From positions 29,899-93,898 of the forward strand of contig CAZFJX010000006.1 in assembly GCA_964519505.1 (NCBI GenBank): a stretch of DNA of 64,000 nt, read 5' to 3'. Origin of the DNA: an uncultured Desulfurococcales archaeon (GTDB lineage Archaea; Thermoproteota; Thermoprotei_A; Sulfolobales; CAZFJX01). This document shows, piece by piece, positions 10,235 to 19,717 of this stretch (position 1 is the stretch's first letter; the number at the start of each line of letters is the position of its first letter). Position numbers and translations under genes: made by a program. The notes under the pieces were generated by a model that was not told the origin of the DNA, searched no databases, and was given only the letters and a program-made list of their open reading frames with translations.

Positions 10235-10779
10235 GTATAGACTATTTAGACCTAATCCCTCAATCTGAGATAGAGAGATTAAGGGTGTATGCTAGTGTAA
10301 TTATGGAGATATATTTGAGATCTCTATGGAACGTACTAACTAGGCGTAAAGATTTAAGTAAGGAGTTAAGGGATATTAATGAATCACTATACTTGATTAA
10401 GGCTAAGATCCGTATGGCTTGGTCATTCAAGTACGACAGAAGAAAGAGGCTTGACTTCTTCTATAGGGTCACCATACCTGCAGCGCTATACGGTATTCCA
10501 GTAACCTCAGATACCTTAGGTAGTCTGTACATAAATGACGTGTGGGGCTCATTAGTTAAGTTGAAGAAGAAGGTGAAGAGTATGCTAAAATGGTGTTCGG
10601 GGAGACCTTACTACACTGTCATTAAGCAACCTCTTGAGGAGTTCTTAGGAATTATTGATGAGTGCTTAGATGCTTTAGCAATAACTGATTTAAGGCGTTG
10701 TGAATCATTAATTGATAAGGCTTCTCAAGTGATTACTGAGGCTTTAAGTAGGATCGAATTAATAAGCATAAAGTCTTAG
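10228..10779 (+). CDS. Hypothetical helical protein
   Basis: 183-aa ORF from a TTG. An alternative ATG lies at about 10303. No recognised domain. Confidence 0.35.
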   Translation: MARIDYLDLIPQSEIERLRVYASVIMEIYLRSLWNVLTRRKDLSKELRDINESLYLIKAKIRMAWSFKYDRRKRLDFFYRVTIPAALYGIPVTSDTLGSLYINDVWGSLVKLKKKVKSMLKWCSGRPYYTVIKQPLEEFLGIIDECLDALAITDLRRCESLIDKASQVITEALSRIELISIKS

Positions 10780-11597
10780 TCATTACCCTTACAGAAGTTA
10801 TTTAAGTACTTCATAAGCTCACTTAAGAACTCCTCAAGCTTTAGTCTTGATTTATAGTCCTTATTCAGAGCCTTAAGTAGTAGGTTCTTAAGCCATTTAG
10901 GTTCATCAATAACTAATTCCTCACCAAATATGGGATTACGCGCATAGCCTGTAACCATTTCATGTAGTATTAGAGCCACCTGATAAACGTCGCTTTCAGG
11001 TAGTGTTCTACACTCCAATAGTTGCTCTGGGGCTGAGTAATCTAGTGTAGCTCTAGCTATAGGGTCTTCGATAGGTCTTATGGTCTCTAAATCAACTATC
11101 TTAGCATTACCTGATGACGTTATGACTACGTTCTCAGGTTTTAAATCACCATAAACAAAACCGCATTCATGGATTATCTCAATAGCTTTAAGTAACGCCA
11201 CTGAGATTTTAATTGCTTGACAAATACCTAATTTACCTTTAACCTTAAGCAACTCCCTTAATGAAGTATGGCCTTTTTCCTCAATAAGTATTGGTAATCC
11301 ATCCTTCACTCTTAAAACGTCATATACCTTCACTATATGCTCGTCATTAAGTAACTTACTTAGCTTGAATTCTTTCAGGTAGTCTTCAGGATCAACATTG
11401 ATGCCTAATACTCTACCACTGCCTAATTTAGGTGTCTTAATGGCAACATCACCGTACCTCTCATGTTTAGCGCTAAATATATAGTTCCTATCTGTGTAAG
11501 CCATTAATTTAATGTCCTTAAATCCTACCTCACTCAGCGCTCTCACGTACTCTCTAAACTTCATTACACATGACCTAAACACCTTGGTAAACAGCAC
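10776..11597 (-). CDS. Hanks-type Ser/Thr protein kinase
   Basis: VAIK lysine (DVAIKTPK), catalytic loop YGDLKPENVVI, a DLE variant of DFG (KIVDLETI), and an APE motif (YSAPEQ). Confidence 0.8.
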   Translation of the reverse strand: MLFTKVFRSCVMKFREYVRALSEVGFKDIKLMAYTDRNYIFSAKHERYGDVAIKTPKLGSGRVLGINVDPEDYLKEFKLSKLLNDEHIVKVYDVLRVKDGLPILIEEKGHTSLRELLKVKGKLGICQAIKISVALLKAIEIIHECGFVYGDLKPENVVITSSGNAKIVDLETIRPIEDPIARATLDYSAPEQLLECRTLPESDVYQVALILHEMVTGYARNPIFGEELVIDEPKWLKNLLLKALNKDYKSRLKLEEFLSELMKYLNNFCKGND

Positions 11598-11626
11598 TTA
11601 TAAGTTAATCGATTAGTTGGGGGATC

Positions 11627-12793
11627 TTACCTAACCTTGATAATGCCTTCATGAACCTCAAATTCTGGTGAGGCATGGGTAAGTAATCTAGAGTTCTTAA
11701 TAACCTTAATTAAACGTAATTCATGAGCTTTAAACCTTTTCTTAATTCTCTTAGGGTAACTACTCATATTTCTAACACATATGTAGCCCTGCTTACTACA
11801 TAGCTCATTAATTAACATTTCAATACGATCTATAGGTAACTCACGGATCTCCCTTAACTCCTTGTAAACTTCATAAAGAGTGACTCTCTTCACATAATCA
11901 GTTTTAAGTAAGTACATACCGCAACAATCACTAGACGTATGTAGGCTAAAAAGCCCCTCCTTACATGTTGAAAACCCTATGCTGTTCTTGCTAAGTAGTT
12001 CCTTAAGCCTTAAGTAATCTCCATAGATAACTTCATGACCGGGCCTATAAAGAGGTTCTTTACCTTCAATGGTATGGAGGCTATAATCCCTTAATGATCC
12101 TACATCAACGTTGAATTTTCTAAACAGCTCAATTAGCTCCTCCTTAGGTAACCTTATTGATTCGACTATGACATGCTTAGTCCCTAACTCCCTTAATTTA
12201 CCAATTAACTCAGTTGGTTCATACCCATATAGACTCACCTTAGGTATGAATGGTGATAACCTAATTACTATAGGCACACCAGCATCGTTTAATAAGGATA
12301 GAGCTTTCAGTCTCTCAGAAGGTTTTGGAGCTATGGGCTCTATTACCTTAGCTAAATTATCCATGAATGTTGAGAATGAGAACTGAACTATAACTAGACC
12401 TCTATCTGAAAGTTTCCTCACGAACTTAAACCACGGGTTCTTAGCTATTAATGTGCTTTTAGTGTTAATTATCAGTGGATACTCATAATTTAAGGCGTAA
12501 TTCAGTACTTCTAATGAAATCTTATAGAGTTCCTCAACGTACTGAAAAGGCTCACTAAGTGTTGATAGTCTTGCTGGTATTGGCTTAAGGCCCCTCCTAT
12601 AGACTTTCTTAGCAACAACCTTAAACTCAATGACTGATCTATAATTAGGTTTTATAACCTCGTCACTAACCCTATACCAACGTGCATAACAGTAAGTGCA
12701 TCTAAATCCACACGTATTGAACGGTTCAACACGTATTAGTGAGTAACATAGTGGTGATATGACATTACTTACATTAATTACTAAGCCATACAT
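11627..12793 (-). CDS. Radical SAM protein (SplB/DNA-photolyase-like, COG1533-type)
   Basis: CxxxCxxC cluster motif near the N-terminus (CGFRCTYCYARW). Size and layout resemble ELP3/SplB-like radical SAM enzymes. Confidence 0.75.
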   Translation of the reverse strand: MYGLVINVSNVISPLCYSLIRVEPFNTCGFRCTYCYARWYRVSDEVIKPNYRSVIEFKVVAKKVYRRGLKPIPARLSTLSEPFQYVEELYKISLEVLNYALNYEYPLIINTKSTLIAKNPWFKFVRKLSDRGLVIVQFSFSTFMDNLAKVIEPIAPKPSERLKALSLLNDAGVPIVIRLSPFIPKVSLYGYEPTELIGKLRELGTKHVIVESIRLPKEELIELFRKFNVDVGSLRDYSLHTIEGKEPLYRPGHEVIYGDYLRLKELLSKNSIGFSTCKEGLFSLHTSSDCCGMYLLKTDYVKRVTLYEVYKELREIRELPIDRIEMLINELCSKQGYICVRNMSSYPKRIKKRFKAHELRLIKVIKNSRLLTHASPEFEVHEGIIKVR

Positions 12794-12927
12794 ACTTAAT
12801 GCCCTATTAAACTAATACCGTCCTTTGACTGAGACAATAGGTCTTACCTAAAGTTCCTCACCCTAAACGCTACGTTCGAAGCAATATATTCTTTACGTGC
12901 GTACAGCATATCACAGACGGTGAGTGT

Positions 12928-14205
12928 GTGAGGTATTTAAAGACACTACTTTCAATAACCTTAATAATAGCCTTAATTACGTCATTAGCGCTAATGGGTT
13001 ATGCAGTTAAGAGTAACCCTATACCCGTACCCACGTTAATACTTACTGAAGAGCATATAGATATCAAGATAAAGCCATCGAGCAATGGAGAGTACTTAAT
13101 AGTTAGTGTTGGTGGGACCTACCCATTTAAGAATCTCGAAGTTAAGGGGGTCACTATGTACTTCCCAATACCTAAAGAGGCCGCCGAAGAAGGTAACATA
13201 TCGGTAACTATCGATGATAAAGAAGTGAGTTGGGAAATTGTATGGGAAGGAACTTACGAAGATAGTAAAAAGTTTGAATACTATAGCGCGTTAGGTAAAT
13301 TACCAATGGTTAAGTGGGTGCTAAAGGATCTACCTGACGAGTTTACTATATATTTCAACTACAGTTACGCAATAAGTGCTAGAGAAGTAAATGGTTTTAA
13401 GGAATTTATGACTATATACGCCATGGCTACAGGTAGGTTACTACGTACGTATAGTAAGACATGCACAGCGTACGTCACTATTAAGTTATTAAATCTAAGT
13501 GGGTCTATCCTTAACGTAACGTTAGCGACACCCCGAGCCGCGGCTCCTGAGGGATCAACGTCTTTTGAGCACCTAATTAAGGGGGATGTTGAGGAACTTA
13601 AGTTAGTTGAGGTTAGTTCACTGTTTAAGGGTTTAAGTAGAGATTTAGTGATTAAGTTAATGATGCCTATGGAGAGTCAGGGGTATGAGTGGGTTAAGTC
13701 TAGGCCGATGAGCATCGACATAAAGGACTTAACGTTGGTTAATAATACCTTAAAGTTAAGGATAGAGGCAGTGCTTAGGCATGCCGGGTTTAAGGTTGTT
13801 TGGGGCGATTATGAGGTAAGGAGTGAGGAATCAGTAACGTTCATTAACATACCGATTGAGGTGTTCGAATGGACTGGGCCCTCAGCTCAAGTGATAATCA
13901 CGAAGGTTAAGGACTACACCATAGGGCCCTTGCCTGTAGGTAAGTACGTTGTTCAAGTGCTAGTTAATGATGAAGTAGCTAAGCAAGTGAAGATACAAGT
14001 TGAAGGCTGTGGGAGTGAGAGCCCGGCACATACAGAGACCACATCAGTTACGAATACCACGGGATTAACGGAAACACCTACGGGAGGTCCTAATGAGGGC
14101 TCATTACTCAGACCTAGCAACTTAATAGTCATAGCGTTAGCTATAGCCACAGCCTTAGCAGTAACTGTGGGAGCTCTAGTACTTAGGAGAGGAGGAGCTA
14201 CCTAA
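12928..14205 (+). CDS. Secreted, C-terminally membrane-anchored surface protein
   Basis: N-terminal signal/TM (LLSITLIIALITSLALMGYA), several N-x-S/T sequons, Thr-rich linker (HTETTSVTNTTGLTETPTGG), C-terminal TM and basic tail (LRRGGAT). Confidence 0.55.
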   Translation: MRYLKTLLSITLIIALITSLALMGYAVKSNPIPVPTLILTEEHIDIKIKPSSNGEYLIVSVGGTYPFKNLEVKGVTMYFPIPKEAAEEGNISVTIDDKEVSWEIVWEGTYEDSKKFEYYSALGKLPMVKWVLKDLPDEFTIYFNYSYAISAREVNGFKEFMTIYAMATGRLLRTYSKTCTAYVTIKLLNLSGSILNVTLATPRAAAPEGSTSFEHLIKGDVEELKLVEVSSLFKGLSRDLVIKLMMPMESQGYEWVKSRPMSIDIKDLTLVNNTLKLRIEAVLRHAGFKVVWGDYEVRSEESVTFINIPIEVFEWTGPSAQVIITKVKDYTIGPLPVGKYVVQVLVNDEVAKQVKIQVEGCGSESPAHTETTSVTNTTGLTETPTGGPNEGSLLRPSNLIVIALAIATALAVTVGALVLRRGGAT

Positions 14206-14209
14206 ACGT

Positions 14210-14716
14210 TTAAGTACTACTAACATTTTTGACCAGCCTTCTACTAAGCTCCTTATCAACTATGTTTATTACATCACATAAGGTCTCCTTCCAGGTTTCT
14301 AACCTCTTTCTGATAGTTCTTAAGTCCTCAGTTGATAACCCCCTAATTAACGACGCCTTCTCCCTAACTGAGTCTAGTATCATGTCTCTAAACCTATCTA
14401 ACTTCTCATCAATAAGCTTAACAAGGTTAAGTCCTTTCTCAGTAATCATGTAGTAAACCCTTTCACGCCCACCCTCATGGCTTCTATGGCTTTTAAGGTA
14501 GTTCTTTCTCTCAAGCTCCTTAAGTATCGGGTAGAGAGCCCCTGGTGATGGTTTCCAAAGACCTAAAGTCCTTCTCTCAACCTCCTCAATAATCTTATAG
14601 CCATATATGGGCCTCCTAGCAATAATCATTAACGTCAGTATCTTTAGAAACCCCCTTAACGAAGATCTTAACATACCCTCTAATTCTTTCTCTAAATCGT
14701 CTGTGGTTTTACTCAC
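14210..14716 (-). CDS. PadR family transcriptional regulator
   Basis: Winged-HTH core RPIYGYKIIEEVERRTLGLWKPSPGALYPILKELERKNYLKS matches the PadR signature. GTG start at 14716. Divergent from the MMPL gene. Confidence 0.8.
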   Translation of the reverse strand: MSKTTDDLEKELEGMLRSSLRGFLKILTLMIIARRPIYGYKIIEEVERRTLGLWKPSPGALYPILKELERKNYLKSHRSHEGGRERVYYMITEKGLNLVKLIDEKLDRFRDMILDSVREKASLIRGLSTEDLRTIRKRLETWKETLCDVINIVDKELSRRLVKNVSST

Positions 14717-14728
14717 TATCCCTAACCT

Positions 14729-14796
14729 CTACTTAATTATTATAAAGTAGAGTTTATAAACTGTATCTGTATCTGATATATCGGGAACCGATATTG
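14729..14796. promoter_or_regulatory. Divergent PadR/MMPL promoter region with TATA boxes and candidate operators
   Basis: IR1 is CTACTT(14729-14734)-N10-AAGTAG(14745-14750), and its AT-rich spacer reads TTTATAATA on the minus strand about 25 nt upstream of the PadR GTG. TTTATAAA lies at 14753-14760 on the + strand. CTGTAT CTGTAT CTGATA tandem hexamers span 14761-14778. A perfect palindrome ATATCGG-GAA-CCGATAT spans 14778-14794 and abuts the MMPL TTG start. Confidence 0.4.
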
Positions 14797-17700
14797 CCAT
14801 CACTAGCGAGGTACGTAGTGAAACATGCTGTAGTTGTCATAGTACTGTGGATTATAGCGCTAGGTATGTCGATACCTTACGCAGGGCTACTTGGTGGTAA
14901 GGTCAAGTATACTGAACATAGGTTCTTACCTGAGGGTTCCGAGTCACTAAAGGCTTCCGAGCTACTCGATAAGTTTAGTAAGTTATTTGAGAAGATAAGT
15001 ATGTTCTTAGTAGCTAAGTACGTAGTTGTTGTTGATAACATAAATACCTCAGACCCAAGAACGTCTGACAAGTACTTTAAGCTTAAAGATGAACTTGAGA
15101 GTAAGGACATGGTTAAAGGAATCTTAAGTTATTACGACATACTTAAGAACATAACCGATAACGTTAGGAATACGCTTAATGAGACGTTCGCCAAGATATA
15201 TGACAACATAACTAAGTTTAGGGAGGTCATTATCAAGGTCAATAAGAGTTACGTTAAGGCTCACGACATGATTATGAATATGTATGGCTATATGCCCAAA
15301 GTTGTTGAGGGGGTTAAGTACTTAGATAATGCCTATTTAAACACTTATGAGGCGTTTAAGAACATGAGCGAGTCTTTAAGTAATGTTGATGATATAGCTC
15401 AAATGCTTGATACAGCATTTAATCAGTCCTACATGCTAACACAGATATGCAATTTATCCCTAGGTGTCGTCTCAGCTATAGATAAGGCTTACACAGAAAT
15501 AAGGAGCCATATAAGCGATTTAGCTAACGTCATGTACTTTATTAAGATAGGGCTAAGAGGTTTTGATGAGTCTTACAGCGAGATCTACGGGTTACTGAGC
15601 GATAAGTACAGTGAGTTAAGAGAGGTCAGACAACAACTAATTCAGCTGAATGGCATGATATATAGTACTGAGGAATGGTATAGGAAGGAGTACTTTAATA
15701 TACTAAGAATCCATTACTATTTAAACGCCACAGGTATTTATGACGAATTAGTAATGACCCCTGAAAACGTATCCTACATTCAGTCAGTAACAGATACTGA
15801 AGACGCATGCTCATTACCGCCGGTTGACTCAATAACTACATATTTAGTATATAGCTATGTCAAGATATATTTCAATAACTCAGACACTGTGAGAGAAGAG
15901 GACCTACTTCGCCTAGCAACAACTAAGATAATTAGTGAGTTAAGACTAGCTAACGTTCCCCAACCCTACAGCAGTCTTATTGAGAGATACGTAACTCACT
16001 TAGAGAACTCATGGAAGGTGTTAATAAGAGATTTAAGAAGTGAAGGTAAGTTAACACCCTTCAAGATGCTTACCTATGACCCTATGAATATTAAGGTCAC
16101 TAAGTGGAGCCAGTGCTTAACGTATACATTCCTAAGTAATCATTCTAGTGAGGTAATTAACTATACCATCCCTTACTTAGCCTACGACATAGCTAACTAC
16201 ATGGGTCTAACGCCTGAGGAAGCCTATGCAACCACTTATGCAGCTTACGAAATAGGGTATCCACCAACGGAAACATCCGTAAATCACGTTCTTGAGGAAT
16301 TCGTAGCTAAGTACTTAGAGAGCTATTACGGAGGTAATGTAAGTGTTAATTGGGGCTACGTAGCTCATGAATTAATTTGGAAGGGACCTTCACCGGAACT
16401 AGCTCAGTATGTCGTTAAGTCATTCATGAAGGAATACATGGTAATACCCACGGAATTACCTTACGATATGAACATAAGTAAGGAGGAAATCATAGACTTA
16501 ATAAGTGATGCAGTAGTAAAGTATGATTCCTCAGCTAAGGCTACATTAACATATAATCAAGATATACTTAGACTAGCAACATTAGAGGTATTTAAGGAGC
16601 TACTTAACGAAGCCGAAATACCTGGTAACGTAAGTGTAGGTGAATATTTAGATGATGAGTCGCTAACTAAGATATACTCATATACGAATACTTATGAAGA
16701 TGCACTACTTGATGAAGCAGCTTTGAGAATTACTAAATCAGTTGTTGCTGAATATGCTCCAGACTATATTGACCAAGGATTACTTGATGATCTTATTGAG
16801 GAAGTAGTCTTTAAGAGTCCCTTAAGCCCTAATGAGAAGATAGATATAGTTAAGGGGTTGGTAATTAACGTGGTGTTCTCGTACGGATTTAACATTGAAG
16901 GCATTGATGAGTATTTAGAGAAGGCTATAATTAGGTTAATGGGTTATGAGGAATGCGATGAGAAGTTCCTAAATGAGGTCTCATGGAGTACACTCCAAGA
17001 GTTATTTAATGATTTAGTTAAGGGAGGTGAAGTACCTAAGTTCTTAGAACCCTACTTAAGTTCAAGCAATATAAGGGAGCTTAGTAGAAGTGAATACTTA
17101 AGTGAGTTGCTTAAGAATAAGGACTTTATGAATAAGATCAAGAACCTCTACGTAACTTACGGACCTAATGCCCTCACAACACATATGAATTACCTAAATG
17201 AGTTAATTACTGATGAAATAGTTAATTACTTGCTAAGTAAGTCACCGGGTTTAGATGAGCGTGAGGCTGAATACGTAGTTAAGTATTTAATGATAGGTAA
17301 AGAAAACTACGTACTTGATGCAACAAAATTAGTTCTAGACTCATTAATGCCTAAGCAGGGTAGAGCATTATGGGAGTTTATAAAGAATTATGATCCCGGA
17401 TGCTCTGAAGATAAGGAGGTACTACGTGACATAGTAATCAATTATCTCAACGAATTAATTACTAATATGACAAGTAATATGACTTCGGAATTAGGTATTG
17501 AGCTAAGTGAAGATACGGTCAATAAGTTAGTTAATGACCTTTATGATGCCTACGTAAATAACGTTAGTAGTCATGAACTTAAGGGTAAGGTGAAGGAGTT
17601 ATTTAAAGAGATAGTTGCTAAGGAGTTAAGTGAGAATGAAACATTTAGTAATATTACCATTAGTGAGGCTGAGATTAGAGAGTTAATTAACCAGTTACCT

Positions 17701-19710
17701 ATGAGTGTTGAAGACGTTAATGAGTTCATATTAACGAAGTCTATGGAGTACGTAAATAGGTTAGGATACAGTGGATTTAAGGAGTTTGAAGAGGTTATTG
17801 ATATTAATTATGTGCTTAGAAAGATTATCGAAGCTGATAATGAGTCTAAGGTAGTTAATGATTTAGTGAATGAATTTACTGATGATATTAACAACATAAT
17901 CATAAATAGATACTTAGGTGCTTTGAGAGATGCCCTCATAAGTAACACTTCGTTCTTAATAATATTTGACCCTAAGGCCGATGATGAAGATATTAAGAAG
18001 ATTGTTGAGAGTTACTATCCTTATGCCGACGTTTACCTAACGGGTTCTGAACCTATTGGTGATGCAATGGCGAGAAGGGGTAGGAGTGATTTAGCCGTTG
18101 TTGATAAGATAAGTACGTTCTTAGTATTACTCGCTATGATAGGCGTTGTTGGTAGCTTTATAGCCTTAACTCTACCACTAACTTCATTCGGTATAGCTTT
18201 CGTAATGGCGTCAGCCATAGTGTACTTATTCATCTCTAGGATTACAGACATTCATATGTGGGCGCGCGCATTACTCATAACCACGACATTAGGCCTAGGT
18301 GTTGACTATAGCTCCTATTACCTACTTATGCTTAAGGAGGAGTTAGGTAACGGAGTTCATGGGAAGGAGGCCGCTATTAATGCTTTAAGTAAGGCAGCAC
18401 CAGCTATAGTAGCCGCCGCCTCAACAGACGCTGCAGGCTTCGGTGTTCTAGCGCTTGCATGGGACTTCCCATTCATGAAGAGTTTAGGGCTGGTCATACC
18501 TGTAGGTGTGCTTATAGTAATGGCAACGTCATTAACCTTCGTTCCTGCCGTTACGTCATTCCTATGTGGGAAGAAATGGTTTTGGTGGCCTAGATTACCT
18601 AAGAAGGTCATAGAAATAAGTAAGATGGGTTTAAAGATAGTTAAGAACGCTAAGTTCATCATACTGGTATTCGCGGTAATAACGGTGGTCTCAGGTATTG
18701 TATATGCACAGGGCTTCTCCCCCTCACATGAGTTTAAGCTATTCTTACCTGAAGGTGAGGAGGCCATTGAAGGGTTCAACATAATGAAAACTAAGCTTAG
18801 CTCATCGATAATGTACCCAGTATTTATAGTGTTAAACCTAAGTGAGTTAAGCGATGATTGTATAGAGGCTATCGAGGAGTTAATCCAGTACTTAGAAATG
18901 AAGGGTCATGCCTTAACGATATATGGGCCTACGAGACCTCAAGGAATACCATTAACTAATCTAACCTTAGATTACGTTCTAAGTACTGACGGAGGTTTAT
19001 TCATATCCGATGATAGGAAGTACGCTTTACTTCAGGTATTCCTGAAGTACAGTGCTGATAGTGAGGAAGCGTCAAAAGCTGTACGGGAGATTAAGGAGGC
19101 TGTTAAGGAATTCGTAAGAAAAAGCAGATATGTTAATGAGGCTTATGTAGGTGGGTTAACGGCTGAGTTTATTGAGTTAGATGAGGCATTACAGAATAGG
19201 TTCTGGACTAGGGTATTTCCGGCTGCCCTGGTAGCTATGTTCATATTGATGACCTTAAGCTTACGCTCACTACCTGCAGGAATTCTCTCAACGACTTTAG
19301 TCTCTTCATCAGCACTGATAGGTTTAGCTGTAACGATAGTGTTATTTAGGGAGGTGCTTAATGTGCCAACCATATGGTTCTTACCCATGGTGATTTTCGC
19401 CGTACTTATAGGTGTTGGCATGGATTACTTCTCATTCTACTTTGTTAAAGCACGTTATGAACTAGCTAATAATAAGGATCCTGACATAGCGTTAGCTAAA
19501 GCGACTAAGACGATAGGAATACTTAACCTGGGTCTAGCAACCATAGTTAGCACCGCCTATGGTTCATTAATGGTTAGTACTATGTGGGTGCTTAAGGAGA
19601 TAGGGTTTGCACTTAGCTTAAGTATCTTCACTATAGCCCTAGCGACAGCATACATAACGTTACCAGCCGCCATGAAACTGCTCAAGAAATACCTAGTTAA
19701 AAGTAAGTAG
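14794..19710 (+). CDS. Giant MMPL/RND-superfamily membrane exporter with a roughly 1040-aa extracytoplasmic insert
   Basis: There is one N-terminal TM, then about 1040 aa of acidic, Asn/Tyr-rich helical sequence, then two TM bundles. Each bundle carries the MMPL signature (GLGVDYSSYYLLMLKEE and GVGMDYFSFYFVKARYE) and a smaller loop separates them. An alternative GTG start lies at 14818. Confidence 0.8.
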   Translation: MPSLARYVVKHAVVVIVLWIIALGMSIPYAGLLGGKVKYTEHRFLPEGSESLKASELLDKFSKLFEKISMFLVAKYVVVVDNINTSDPRTSDKYFKLKDELESKDMVKGILSYYDILKNITDNVRNTLNETFAKIYDNITKFREVIIKVNKSYVKAHDMIMNMYGYMPKVVEGVKYLDNAYLNTYEAFKNMSESLSNVDDIAQMLDTAFNQSYMLTQICNLSLGVVSAIDKAYTEIRSHISDLANVMYFIKIGLRGFDESYSEIYGLLSDKYSELREVRQQLIQLNGMIYSTEEWYRKEYFNILRIHYYLNATGIYDELVMTPENVSYIQSVTDTEDACSLPPVDSITTYLVYSYVKIYFNNSDTVREEDLLRLATTKIISELRLANVPQPYSSLIERYVTHLENSWKVLIRDLRSEGKLTPFKMLTYDPMNIKVTKWSQCLTYTFLSNHSSEVINYTIPYLAYDIANYMGLTPEEAYATTYAAYEIGYPPTETSVNHVLEEFVAKYLESYYGGNVSVNWGYVAHELIWKGPSPELAQYVVKSFMKEYMVIPTELPYDMNISKEEIIDLISDAVVKYDSSAKATLTYNQDILRLATLEVFKELLNEAEIPGNVSVGEYLDDESLTKIYSYTNTYEDALLDEAALRITKSVVAEYAPDYIDQGLLDDLIEEVVFKSPLSPNEKIDIVKGLVINVVFSYGFNIEGIDEYLEKAIIRLMGYEECDEKFLNEVSWSTLQELFNDLVKGGEVPKFLEPYLSSSNIRELSRSEYLSELLKNKDFMNKIKNLYVTYGPNALTTHMNYLNELITDEIVNYLLSKSPGLDEREAEYVVKYLMIGKENYVLDATKLVLDSLMPKQGRALWEFIKNYDPGCSEDKEVLRDIVINYLNELITNMTSNMTSELGIELSEDTVNKLVNDLYDAYVNNVSSHELKGKVKELFKEIVAKELSENETFSNITISEAEIRELINQLPMSVEDVNEFILTKSMEYVNRLGYSGFKEFEEVIDINYVLRKIIEADNESKVVNDLVNEFTDDINNIIINRYLGALRDALISNTSFLIIFDPKADDEDIKKIVESYYPYADVYLTGSEPIGDAMARRGRSDLAVVDKISTFLVLLAMIGVVGSFIALTLPLTSFGIAFVMASAIVYLFISRITDIHMWARALLITTTLGLGVDYSSYYLLMLKEELGNGVHGKEAAINALSKAAPAIVAAASTDAAGFGVLALAWDFPFMKSLGLVIPVGVLIVMATSLTFVPAVTSFLCGKKWFWWPRLPKKVIEISKMGLKIVKNAKFIILVFAVITVVSGIVYAQGFSPSHEFKLFLPEGEEAIEGFNIMKTKLSSSIMYPVFIVLNLSELSDDCIEAIEELIQYLEMKGHALTIYGPTRPQGIPLTNLTLDYVLSTDGGLFISDDRKYALLQVFLKYSADSEEASKAVREIKEAVKEFVRKSRYVNEAYVGGLTAEFIELDEALQNRFWTRVFPAALVAMFILMTLSLRSLPAGILSTTLVSSSALIGLAVTIVLFREVLNVPTIWFLPMVIFAVLIGVGMDYFSFYFVKARYELANNKDPDIALAKATKTIGILNLGLATIVSTAYGSLMVSTMWVLKEIGFALSLSIFTIALATAYITLPAAMKLLKKYLVKSK

Positions 19711-19717
19711 TAAGTAC

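Noticed and set aside
14761-14778. Tandem CTGTAT hexamers, and other short repeats, considered as CRISPR or a minisatellite
   Set aside because: There are only three 6-nt units with no spacers. Nowhere in the window did I see 24-37-nt repeats at regular intervals or any cas genes.
18357-18782. 141-aa and other 60-170-aa antisense ORFs nested inside long genes (for example 52190..52702, 28595..28969, 23931..24182, 54351..54614)
   Set aside because: All are fully contained in longer ORFs that have clear family motifs on the opposite strand. Their compositions are skewed (S/T/L/P-rich), as expected for shadow ORFs in an AT-rich genome.
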